A stretch of DNA of 64,000 nt from Microbotryum violaceum (taxonomy: Eukaryota): NCBI GenBank assembly GCA_001244265.2, contig CDLV01000006.1, positions 1,426,001 through 1,490,000 on the forward strand, read 5' to 3'. A program made the translations under genes and the position numbers. Of this stretch, positions 42,250 to 56,807 are shown piece after piece. Each line of letters begins with the position of its first letter. Positions within the stretch are counted from its first letter, which is position 1. The notes beneath the pieces are model-generated. The model did not search any database. It saw only the letters and a program-made list of their open reading frames with translations, and was not told the DNA's origin.

Positions 42250-43471
42250 CTATAACAGCTCGGCACGTTTGTTCTCGGGCCATTCGAGAGAATAAGCCTG
42301 TCCTCCCCCCATCCCAGCGGCTTCCCACTCCCTGATCGATGTGAGCGCCGCGTCACCCCAGTTGAACAATTCGTCGGCGTCGGTAGGTCGGTCGACAAAG
42401 ATCATGAAGGCCTCGTTGAGTTCGGCGATAAACTTTGACGAGACGGCTCTGCACGGGCCCAGCGTTGAGGGGTAAGGGAATTAGGGGTATTTTGCCACGA
42501 GGAACGAGTCCGAGCCCACTGCTTGAGCAATGATTGACTAACCCCTGAATGAACGAGCGGAGGGGCGAATAAAAATCATTGACGTTGAGCAGCATCACCG
42601 CTGCGGCGAAGAAGCGAAAAGCGATTTAGATTTGCTGCACCTACAAAATGGGATAGTGACAAGCTTGCACTCACGCTTTCGGTCTTTGGTTTCATCAGTG
42701 TCCCGGCGTCGAGTCGTGCATTAATCGTTGTAAGAGGAGGTCGTGCATTAATCATTGTAAGAGGAGGGGACGCATCCGCGCGGTTGGGCTCAGTCAGGGG
42801 TCATGTGACTCGGCACTGTCACATCCAAAGATCATCAACCCCGAACTCACGAATCCCGAGTTGTGTCCACGTGGACGCCTCGGCACACTCTTCCAGCGTT
42901 CCGAACCCCCCGGGTAGACCGATGAAGGCGTCGCATTCGCTGGCCATGATTTGCTTGCGCTCGTGCATCGACGCCGTGTTGGTTTCTTTGAACCGCGGGT
43001 TCGTCGGGATCGAACCTGGTGGCGCCTCCGCTGCAAGGAACTGGAACAGTTATATGGGGCCGAGGTCCGAGTCAGCAAAAGGGGGAGGAAAATCGGCGCA
43101 AGGAGAGATGCGGGGGTCCTCGTGCTTCTCTAGGCGAAGTTACCGCGACGGGGATGATGCCATGAACTTGGCCGCCGGCTTCGAGGCACGCCGTGGAGAC
43201 GGCTCCCATTAAGCCTTTGGTACCTCCACCACTGAAGGATGGGCGAGCATTAGGCCGAATCGGGCAAGAAGCCACATAAGTTGATCAGCGAAATAAAAAG
43301 ACATTGTAATCTACTGGAGATGTTGCAAACTACTCACTAAATGAGACGCAGCCCGGCCTTCGCAATGGCCACCCCCACTTCCTTGGCGGCTCGCTCGTAC
43401 ATGGGATCATCGCCAGACGAGGAGCCGCAGAAGACGGTGATGCCTCGAGAGTTGAGTTCTATCGAGCCCAT
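42250..43471 (-). CDS. LOG1: LOG-family nucleoside 5'-monophosphate phosphoribohydrolase (cytokinin-activating family)
   Basis: [30 protein letters not shown]...[26 protein letters not shown]+.LLNV..FY; includes a 9-nt exon. Confidence 0.93.
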
Positions 43472-43925
43472 GTTTTGTTTTTGTTTTTTTCGATTGAAGA
43501 AGAGCGTCGTGTGAAGGACAGAGAGGAAATGACGGATGCCGCGCGGTGACGGCGGATCGCGTTCGAGAGCTTGAGAGAAAGAGCGCGTGTTTGCGAGACG
43601 TGCAAATGTATGCGGATTGGGAGTCAAGGGAGAGCGAATGAGCCGTGGAAGGGAAGAGGGAGAGCCGACGAGAGGGTCCTCAGGAGAAGAGATCGTCAGC
43701 GCCGGGACGCATATCCGGCTGAGTAACACCGGTGCCGGCCGGCGATGGGGCAAGGTCGTGCACGCGTGCACTGGCACCGTCGACCCCTACGGGAAATCCG
43801 GGCAACCGCGGGCACCGCGATTGAACTGCGGTTAACCGAGATCCGCGCAACCGCGGTGCCCGCGGTTGCACTGCGGTTATGCGGTTGCAACTGCACGATT
43901 TTATTTATTTGATAGACTTCATTAA

Positions 43926-44319
43926 CAGCATAATTATATTAATACCTAGAAATCTTCGGAAAAGTCGGAGGGAATGCTGTTACGCGAGGTCGCCAACTTG
44001 GAAATGCTCCATTACCCCCTGCAATTCTCAGCTTGCTCGTAGACTAAGCGAGAACAGGCTGACTTTAAGACCTTACCTAGTGCAGCAAACAACTCGTGAT
44101 ATGATACAGTCTCGAGTGGTGTCCTAATTACATACACCTACATCTCCAGATGAAGATGTGGTGGTCTTGGAATTGAACAACGCTTCTAATGGATTGATGC
44201 TGACGAGCAATTGGAAAAACCGCGCCCCTGAGTCCTACACTACTCGCTTCTGCCAGTGTGCGTAACAGCATTCCCTCCGACTTTTCCGATGATTTCTAGG
44301 TATTAATATAATTATGGTG
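43926..44319. mobile_element. MITE with 60-bp TIRs and TTAA flanks (piggyBac-like)
   Basis: 43926-43985 is the reverse complement of 44260-44319 with 2 mismatches; TTAA at 43922-43925 and 44320-44323. Confidence 0.75.
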
Positions 44320-47221
44320 TTAATTAAATAAAAACCTGCCGGACGACCGAACGGAGACCGCTCTGCCAGGCTCCGTTGTGTCAGCGCCAGGCGTCGACTC
44401 GGCGCAGAGGGGTCACAGTTGAATGTGGAAACACAGATATCGCATATGTGTCGGGAGCTGTCACAGCTGACCCTGCGCCTTGCGCAAGCTCGGCCGCGGT
44501 GGGAGGCGAGCGCATCGTCTTCGGGATGATGGACACAAGTTGCCAGTGGCGGAGACGCTCGACGCCGATCAGGCTGAGGGTGCGAGGACCATCCACATCG
44601 AATATCTCGTACAGCCCCCGAACGTCCATGGCAACTGGGAAGACATCGACCAACGAAAGCAATTGCTTCTCCTTCAGCGCCGTTACACCTAGCTCAACTT
44701 GAAAACACACAACTTCGCCGGCGCGCTGTGAATTGTCGGCCTCCATTGACATCTGTGGATCCCAGATTCGCTGTCAAGAATATATCCGCTGACATCAGAT
44801 GTGATGAGTTGATTTGGTGGTACTTACTCGCACAAATCTAGCCGTCTTGCAGTTGACGGTGCCTTGCGTATTTCGCATCTCGTTACCGGATCCGAGCAAC
44901 GTGACCGCTGATGCATCTGCACCCTCGAGGCGCCGCCATCCTTCATCGAGCGAGCTGCCGAAGTCCATCGCATAGATGGTTCTTGGTGTAGTCGTTTGCT
45001 TTCGACCCCAGAGAGGTATCGACGTGACACTGCCTCCGTGGAAGACTGCGACCTCTTCGGTCAAGTCGACAAAATTTTTGCGAAGGGCTGGCGCCGTTTT
45101 CTTGAGCCTGTGTAGCTTGTAGCCCAGCAGCTGGGCATGCAAGGCATGATCCCTCGGCGAAATGTCCCGGAGCTCTTTCATTATAGGTATGTCCTTCTTG
45201 AGTCGAAGGATTATCATCATGAACCGCATCTCCGCCGAATTCATGCCAGACTCGACGGGGTTTGACTTGCTTCTCGTCCTCCCTTTGCTGTAACCCATCA
45301 TCGTCTCCGTTCCGCAAGCCGAGTAATCACGAAGCGGGCCCATTTTTTCATAACATCGGGACCGTGCATAAGACGATGATTCGTGGCAGGGAACAGATGA
45401 AGAAACTCGGGATCTCGATCATACAGAAGCTCCTCGCGCAGTAGCAGCGTCTGTTCGAGGAGGAGAACATAGAGGTAGGTGTATGTGATGGAAACCTCGC
45501 CCCTTTCATCGAGCTCGTACAGACGAAGCTGTTCGAGCTGGTCCACGTCCGGTAGGCGATCGAGAAAGTCAACGGAATCGTGTCTTCATCGCCGCAAACA
45601 TTCAAGTTCGACTGAGATCCCCGTGCCACGACGCCGCAGCGATTCGAGCTTGGTCGGGTGTCGTTCCATTGCTTCAACCACCCGACGGTAGTAATTGTAG
45701 TTGCGCTCGTCATCCAGTCGAACCTCTTGCCCACCAGGGGTTTGGAATGTCGTGGCGGTGTCGACAAGCCCAGCCCACTCGGGATGGTCGAGCACCAATA
45801 CGATCACTCCCTCGTCGTTTTCGAACGCTTTCGCATGGGGAACACAGAACGGCAGATAGACTTTGGTGTTTCCAGGTGCGTAATGAAATATGCTGATGAT
45901 CGAGCAGATCAAGCACGAAGCGAGGCCTCTTGCTCCCACGAGGTTTCCAAGGGCTGCTTGCTCCAGGGGGCAGGGTCATGGGTATCACCCAAGAGATGTG
46001 GGCGTTGACCTTGCGATTGGCGTTGGAGTGCGCGAGCACTTCGGTTCCGTTGGAGAAGGTTGCAATAGGGATGTTATCCGGCTTGAGATCGCCATTTGCG
46101 TAAAGCGTCGGTGCGTGTAAGCCGTCGACCCATTGCCTCACGACCGGGTAAGAGCCCGAGCCACCTGACGCCTTGTGCGTCGACCACCTCGTCGCTCGGC
46201 TTGATTGGCGAGGGTAGGGCTGATTACTGGGTGTGCACGAAGCACGTTAACAAAATAGGCAGGGTCATAAGAGCGCTGCGTTGACCGTTCGGTCTTCTCA
46301 CCATTCTTGCCCAGCGTGAAACGTTTCTCGCGGCACCCGGGCGTTGGACACTCCTCAGGGTCTTGGAGTCGTTTGGCGCCATAGGAGACGTGACCTTTGG
46401 GGCACTTCCCGACCTCCACAGTTCTGAAGCTGGTGAGATGTCGTATCGTTCGGACCATTTTGTACTCGGACATTCGCTGAGGTCGGCGTCGTGGCAGGTG
46501 TAGGTGCGCAGCAATATGAAGAGCTCAGTCCAAGCGTCCCTCGAAAGCGAATGGTCCCGCTTACATGTAGAGTTGTAGCTTTGCAAGGTCATGGGGCGGA
46601 AGCGCAACTTTTTTTTTTTTTTTTGTAGAAACTGTTCATCATATTGCCCCCAATTCGTGTTCCCCCTATTTGGCCTACGGAAAAAACTAGATGGAAGTCG
46701 ACGATGATAACACAAACCGCCCGCAAGATGCGAGAAACGGGCCGGTGTCCACCAATCCGATACTTGGGATTCAAGTGCCCGAGCCAAGCGGTTGCTCCCC
46801 CCAGGAGACGAATGAGAGAGAGAAGATGAGAGAGAGAAGAAGAGAGAGAGAGAAAGAGAAAGAGTACAAAAATAATTGACTAACGACAAGAGACCCACCC
46901 CGCACCCACTTCCCAACTCGGTCGAGACAAAGACTGGAGAGCGACTGCGCAGCTACCCTGACCCGCGAAGTCCCAAGTCTATGCTCGGTCACAACAAGAC
47001 GCGGTGGAGGCCCCTCAAAACCTCCACCTCAGCAGTCCCTGGCCCCTCAAAGCCGACTTTCTGCCTGTGTCTGCTGATCCCTCCCTTGACTCAGAACCCG
47101 GAAGCCAAAGAGCGCGAGTCACCGTCGAGTCAATCTCAAATCGCGAGCCGGTCCATGAGCAACGAAGGCAGACCTGTAATAGATGAAAGATGAAAGCAAG
47201 ATATTTAGTATACAGTTTTTT

Positions 47222-49069
47222 GTTGGAAGATGAAGCGTGATGGTGTGTGTGTGTGTGGGGTGTGGTGGGGGGGAATCGAACCCAGCCTCTACTGCCCTCG
47301 CCCGCCCCTTGCTCCTCCCGCCCTCAACTTCATCCTCTCCTTCAGTACCACCCTCCTCCTCTCCACGCTTTCCATCCTCGTCCCGTGCTTCTGCATCCTC
47401 CATCTCCCACTGCTGATCATCTCCAAAACCATCCCCGTGAAGATCTCGATCGTCCAGCCCGCCCCTTCCTGTTCGCTGAGCTTGGCCTTGAGCTTGGGGA
47501 GGCCAAAGAGCCGTTGCAGTGTCGTGTACTGGTCGTCCTCGATCGTGTCGCACCCGAGTGCGTCGCAGAGCACGCACCTTGCCGCGATCCAGACATTCCG
47601 CGAGTCAACGCAGCCGAAAAAGTAGTGGTCGGTGTCGTCCACCGGCGCTTCGCAGACGAGGCACGCGGGAGAAGTGTCGTGATTATGTTGGTGTTGCAGC
47701 TTGCGCGTCGGGGTGAAGCGGAGAATCAGCTTGAACCAAACTTCCCTCTCCCTCGCCGTCAGTGCCTTCGAGTTGACCGCCTTCCAAAAGCTCCTGAGGT
47801 CGTCCGGCTGCGGTGGTCCCTTGAGCCCGAGCGTGTTGGTAAAGGCCTTCGCGTTCAGGACCCGGCGGATGCGACGGATGGTGTACGGTCGAGCCATGTT
47901 CAGCAGCTTGTACTGGCTCGCCTGCTGTGGAAGCACCGGGTCCGGAAGGCGCTGCTCCATTGCGAAGCGGGCCACGGGCTTGGGGAGAATCGCCTCGAGC
48001 GGTGCGCTGGTGCCGATCCGGGGAGGCACGTTGAGCCGTCCTGCCGCCACCGCCACCGCCAAGGGCATGTTCTTGTGTCGATCGAAAGTGAACCGGTACC
48101 AGGCCGCGATTGCCAGTCGCTGCGGGAGCCCGCGTCGATCGTACTCGCTGTTGTCGCCGAGCACATCCGCCGGCGGCGTCCAAAGGTGAAAACCCCCACC
48201 CGCATACAACTCGCGCCGGTAGAGATCCGCCACCTTCGGGTAGCCCTGGAGACGAAGGTAGTCAGGTATATGAACCGCGTCGATGGTCTGTCTCCCTCTG
48301 ATGGGGGTGTGGAGGCTGCCGAGCAAGGTGGGAAGCGCGAGCAGGTTCGCGGTGGTCAAGGTCCTCGGGTTGACCTGCGCGTCTTGCTGTTTCGGAACCC
48401 GCAATGCTGCTCGCCATCGGGGATGGAGGTCGCTGGGGATGGGAGTGGATGGATGTGGCCAGAGATCGGTGGCCAGGTCGAGGTCGGGCTGAGCTCGGTG
48501 GAGTGCCGAGAAGAACGTCCCAGATCCGTGCCGCAACCGCGTCCACGACGTCCTGCATCCTGATCACCCCGAGTCCCCCCTTGAGCTTGGCTGTGAACAC
48601 GATATCTCTGCCGTAGCTGGTCCTGCCCTTGCCCCCACGGACGAAATCGACGAGCATGTCATCGAGCTTCTTGACGACTTCGGGCGGCGGGATGTCGGCT
48701 GCAAGGAAGTGCAGGATCTTGGGGATGGCGTACCGATTGACGTAAAAGGCACGGGTGTGGTGTGTGAGCCAGCGATGCTGAACCCCTTCCAGCGTCGCCT
48801 CGAGGCGTTCGATGAGATTCGCGTAGGCGAGTTCGGTATCGCCGCTCGGGTCGAAGGGGAGGCCGATCCACTCGAGCGACTCGCCTGCGGCCTTGACGAC
48901 GAGCGGGCGTTGCCCCGGGTCCCAGCGGCGTCCGATCGGTAGGACGACCGTCTTGTCCGTGTTGAGCCGGCCATTCGTTGCATGCCTACAGTCGAGCGCC
49001 AGGTCATCGAGCAAGTTGAGTGACCCCAAGCTCGCGACGGCGACGACAACGTCATCGGCAAAACCCGGT
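47222..49069 (-). mobile_element. 5'-truncated L1/Tx1-like non-LTR retrotransposon (RT C-terminal half plus CCHC finger)
   Basis: Begins at FADDVVV; LNTDKT, KLKGGLG, CLVCEAPVDDTDHYFFGC. One frameshift near 48505. 8-bp TSD AGTTTTTT at 47214-47221 and 49070-49077. Confidence 0.9.
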
Positions 49070-49265
49070 AGTTTTTTAGTTTTTTTTGACTGGGGCTTAT
49101 AAATTGCAATCCTTCGGGTTGGCTGGGACCGCTACAAAAAGAGCTAAAGGAGGTTATAAAGCAACGACGGCAAGCAGTTGGGTGAAAGTCGAATTTACTG
49201 CGTCAGCCGTCGTGTTTGTGTCAAACTGTGGTGAAGGTTTTAGTAGACATTGCACTGATATCGGG

Positions 49266-49338
49266 GGCCCGATAGCTTAGTAGGTTAAAGCATTTCCAAT
49301 TAATGGAAGCGACCCAGGTTCGACTCCTGGTCCAGCCG
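49266..49338 (+). tRNA. tRNA-like gene/pseudo-tRNA, formal anticodon TTA
   Basis: A box TAGCTTAGTAGG; D stem GCTT/AAGC; anticodon stem TTTCC/GGAAG with loop AATTAAT; T stem CCAGG/CCTGG with TTCGACT; acceptor 5/7 paired; TTTT just downstream (49347-49350). Lacks U33. Confidence 0.7.
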
Positions 49339-50333
49339 CTCTCATCTTTTGTTGATCATTTTCGGAATCATCGTTGATCCCAACAAACTGGACCACTTGA
49401 AGGACAGCAAGACTTTGAATCACCTTCGGCATCAAGCTCGGCGAGATGAGCTTCAGGCGCGGCAATCTCATCTTCAGTGGGCTCGGGCTCATCTTCCCCC
49501 CCTTAAACATCCTCTTCCTGCCCCGCGCCTCCCAGCTCGCTCTCATCACTTTGGGTTTCACCCGCACGGGAGTCCGCGTCACTGCTATCTCCGTCATCAT
49601 CACGTTCCTCCTGCTCTTCCGAGCCCCATTCGAGTTCCAGATCGTCGAGCTCCTTCGGACCGCGCGTATCCTCTTCGTCTACGACCATCTCTTCTCCCTC
49701 GTCATCTGCGGCTTCATTCAGGTTTTCTTGAAGATCGTCTTCGTCGCCGTTTTCGTCCGCCCCTCCGCGCCGAATTCTCGATCCATATCATCGGCGTTAT
49801 CGTCATCGACCGCCATTGGGATCGCGTGACCGACTGCTGCCGGCAAAAGACGCCCCCGAAGGTCAGAATGGAGAATGGCCAAGATGAGTGAAGTCGTTGA
49901 CGGACCTGGTGTAGCCCCCTTTCGCTTCCAGCACTTGGCTAGTTCTTTCCCGCCTGCGCCTGGCCGTAGCTGTTTAACGTCCTTTTTGAGATGCGCTGCC
50001 CAGGTTCTTCTTGTAAGCCAGACTCCAGACTTAGACCGGCACACTAAGCAGACGCAGTACCTCCATTCATTGTAGTGTGCTTTGTCGTGCTCGGGCAGTT
50101 CGACAAGACCGCCCAACGGACGTGTGTCTGCGAGCTTCTTCTGGACGCGGTTGATTTGTGCTTGCTCGATCTGCTGTCTCCACTGCGCACCTAGGTCTGG
50201 TTCGACTCTGCTGTGAGACACGACAAAAACAGTGTGTGACTGACGCCTTGGAAGAGGGGATATGGCCTCACAACCGTAGGGAGAGAAAGAGGGGGCGGAA
50301 AAGCACCCAGTAGCCACCGCTGAAGGTGCTCGT

Positions 50334-50470
50334 TGTGAGGATCTATTATAGAACCTTTCATGTAAAATCTTTCCAATGACGCTGCACAAAGTTACCGGAG
50401 CTGCCGCAGAAGCTTGACACAGAGTCATTGGAAAGATTTTACATGAAAGGTTCTATAATAGATCTTCACA
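50334..50470. repeat. 137-bp fold-back (47-bp arms, 1 mismatch, 43-bp loop)
   Basis: 50334-50380 is the reverse complement of 50424-50470. Confidence 0.9.
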
Positions 50471-52343
50471 CTTCCCCTTAGAACCTTACTTTGGCATCTT
50501 GCTCTACAGCATGGTTCGGAGACAGCCGCCCCTTTTCTCTTGTTAACCGACAGACGCTACCAAGTTAAATTTCGGTGCGAGGCGATTTTTGGTCCAGGGA
50601 GACGAGAACACGAACTTCAGTCAACGGTCGATAGCAGAGTCAATGATTGGTGAGGAACCAATCAAGAGGACTCCGCACCGCCGCTGACGCAGTCCGCGCC
50701 TCCCTGGCCAAAATGGCTTAAACTACCCAAAAACCCCAAAGACGCTTCTAGCCATTACTGCTCGCGCAGTCCCTTCCAACACTCGTCACCCCGAGTGATG
50801 TTCCGGCGTGGGCGTGCGCGGCGAGTTCGGCAGCGTTGTCGCGGCTCGACTAATCTCCGCCACGCCAGCTAAAAGGAGCGTTCGCTTCCGAATTCACCCC
50901 TCTCCTCTCGCTCCCACCACGCAACTCGCCACGCCGCCTCGTTCGCACCCCTGCGTAAGGTCACGCGTGGACAGCATTCTCAAATCACGTCCACCAATGT
51001 CGTGCAACTCCGAGACCATCGACTGGCGTGGTCGTGCTGAGCAAGCCGAGCGAGCCTGGGAACTCGCTACATCAACTCGAGTCCGAGCGCGATCTTGCCT
51101 GCGCGCAGCGTGACGTTCTTCAAGCACAAGTTGCTGCGCTCGAGACCGCCAGCGAGGGCATGAGAGGACGGACTGAGGATATCGAAGACCGCGATGGCGT
51201 CAAGGTTGAACATGGCAAGTGGTACCAGCTGAGTTCGTCCCCAACTTGCTTGATCCTGTGTCTGCCGGAGCTAGCACGGACCGCTTTAGACCTTCCGCTG
51301 GATCGTCACAACGATCTTTTGAATGGCAGATATCAAGTCATTGATGTCGGGAGCTAGTCGTCGCAAGCGTGTGCTCAACACAACGCAGCTTTCAAACGAC
51401 GACAACCACGCCGAACACCTCACCAGCGACCCCACCGAGTCGTCGGCAAAGCAGACTGATCCTTCTTTCGAAGCCGAATGAGTGTCAACCTTCTGACCCG
51501 AGTGTTGTGGTTCAGCATGTATTCAAATGTGGCTTTCTATCCCACGCCGTGTTCGTTTCAGGAACGTCGTTCAGCATGTTTGCTCATCAGCCGCCCAAGT
51601 CGACGTGGTTTCGCTATGGAAAGTTGTACCCTCTTGGAGTCCGCTTGTATATGTTTGTTAGCCTATACATGTTGTCACCACACATCTGAAGAAACCGAGT
51701 TTTAGTTGAAATATGTTTCGTCGGCCTGATGTCCCTATTTGTCCAACCTGCTTGCAAAAGTCAGGCAAACGAACCAGATTTTTTTGCCGATTGCGATGTC
51801 CAACTTCGGCTTTTGCTGCAACTTAGGATTTGCCGCGCCGGTTGAGTATTTTGCAACCGCGGTTGAAGTGCGTTTCCGCAAGCCAGTTTCTAGGCCTGAA
51901 GTTGAACCGCGGTTACTTTCGAATGGCTAGACGGGCAACATCTGTTCCACCAACCGCGGTCAACTGCGGTTGCGCGGATTTCCCGTAGGGCACCGTCGCA
52001 AGACGCGCGCAAGACAGCAAGCAGCATTTTCGCGATTAATCAAAAAAGTCGAACAGATCCCGTAACGATGAATCTGTACAAGCTTTCTTTCTGCGAGCTC
52101 CTGTCTCAACATAAAGTGACTCCTCTCCCCAGCACAACTTGTGCCACCTGCCTAAAAGTCCGTTGGCCTTGCCCAAGATACTCGCCCGACCCGTCCGCTG
52201 GCCTACCCACTGGGCACCCAGTCTGAGGCGAAGTCCACGCGAGACCTCGCGAGACCGCGCCAGCAGCAGCGCGTTCAGGCTAATCGTAGCGCGCACAACT
52301 CGTGCTCTTGCCCTCGTTCGACGGCGACTCATCGCACTACAAC

Positions 52344-55545
<3,202 letters not shown>

Positions 55546-56807
55546 TGACCAGCGCTTTTCGAACTCCGCTAGGTAACAAAAAGGGAAGAGGAGAGGCGGT
55601 CCGGTTCGGCATCGGCGGCTTGCTCGGGACCTGAAGGGGTCCCGGAATGGATCCAGTGCAGGCTAGCCTTCCTCAGTTTGCTTCCTTGTCGTTGACGCAT
55701 TCTCTTCGCAGCATACTTTGCACGAGCCGTGTCTGTTTCACTTCTTCCCCTTCCTGTCTTCTTCCCCTTCCTGTAGCGCTGTTACTGCGTTGTAGACACT
55801 CAAATTCCCGGCGTCGCTGTCGCGACTGGTCGCCCCTTGTCGTTGACGGAGGCGTCAGAAGCGCTTGTCTCATTGGTGCGCGCGAGCGGTCGAGCTTTTT
55901 TGGATCCGCTCGCCTCATGAGCACCCTGTCACTCTGCTGTAGTCCTCTTACTGCGCTGTCTGTAATCTCAACACCACAAACTCGATGCCCACGTTCTGTT
56001 CTCCGACTATTCTCCCATTAAGTCTTAGCGAGATGTTTCGGCCTCGAGGTGATTTGGCTTGGATAGGGGAGGACCTGGGATCAGACGAGGAGCGAGCAAC
56101 GAGGCAAGCCCACTTTGGATTTCCCACCCCTTCCACCACTCGCTCCGATTCTCCCCCACCGCCGCCGCCGTCGATAGGAAGCCCCCAACTTTCGTCGCCG
56201 GATTGCACCACAACAAGGGTTTACAACAGCAATTGCGAGACGTGACGCTATAGAACAGTTGCATAAGATGTAATAACATATGCCATGGCGGGGCTCAGAT
56301 GCAATACATGACGTTGATCGACCTTTGAACCGAGGCGAGGTCTTCGAGCGACGGTCGATTAAGGTCGACGATTCGGACGGAGCTCGAGCTCGGAGCCTTG
56401 TTGTTTGTCCAAACCGCCGACGATTTCTTTGATCGCGGGAATCGAGGGCACAGGGGAGGAGGGCCGCGCGAGGGAAGGGCCATGTTTTGGGGCAGTGAGA
56501 CCAACAGGGGTCGAGCGAAAAAGCTGATGACCGACACATGAAAACGGAATGATCAACAGCAAGCAAATGCAAGCGACCTAGGTCGAGGCCGGTCCTGACA
56601 CGGGGGCAAGGCTCACGCGCGCCCGACGTCGGGATTGCTCCTCTCCTTCCTACCTACCACTCGCTCGCTCACCTCGCTCTTCGCTTTCTTGCTCACTCGC
56701 AAACCCAAACAGCCCGCGCTCAAAGTTTCATCTGCCTTCGCGTCCGAAGCCGGTCTTCCACCATTCTCTCCACACTTCAGAACCTTATCGCGTCACCGAT
56801 CAAAGCA

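Larger units (their letters stand above)
46613..49345. mobile_element. Noncoding insertion (~0.88 kb without the nested LINE) bearing a tRNA-like gene
   Basis: CTTTT direct repeats at 46608-46612 and 49346-49350; T16 run at the left end (poly-A on minus); (GA)n tract at 46813-46863. Removing it restores the transposase frame. Confidence 0.7.
44381..50200 (-). pseudogene. CACTA/tnp2-type transposase pseudogene split by the insertion at 46613-49345
   Basis: N-terminal CVCLVC...TRRTWAAH and an acidic tract; KCPKGH...CPTPGC..R; FSNG...WVIPMTLPP (cf. SxDG...W...NLPP); GPLRDY...ETMMG..K..S..NP. Many stops and frameshifts. The frame DDSENDQQK|LRFRPM rejoins across the insertion. Confidence 0.75.
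43785..51990. mobile_element. CACTA/EnSpm (CMC) DNA transposon, about 8.2 kb, with nested insertions
   Basis: 25-bp TIR CCCTACGGGAAATCCG(G/C)GCAACCGC, fitting CMC-type CMCWR termini. Dense AACCGCGG/CCGCGGTT subterminal repeats at both ends; internal decayed tnp2-type transposase. Confidence 0.85.

Noticed and set aside
43795-43895. Clustered palindromic repeats resembling CRISPR or iteron arrays
   Set aside because: Irregular AACCGCGG units mirrored at 51830-51980; these are CACTA subterminal repeats in eukaryotic DNA.
47247-48563. 438-aa plus-strand ORF
   Set aside because: Antisense shadow of the GC-rich LINE ORF; no motifs.
49266-49338. Bona fide functional ochre suppressor tRNA call
   Set aside because: A32/A33 in place of Y32/U33 and two acceptor mismatches; kept only as tRNA-like.
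50997-51480. Second CACTA gene (TnpA-like) on the plus strand
   Set aside because: Only short coiled-coil-like fragments; too little to call.
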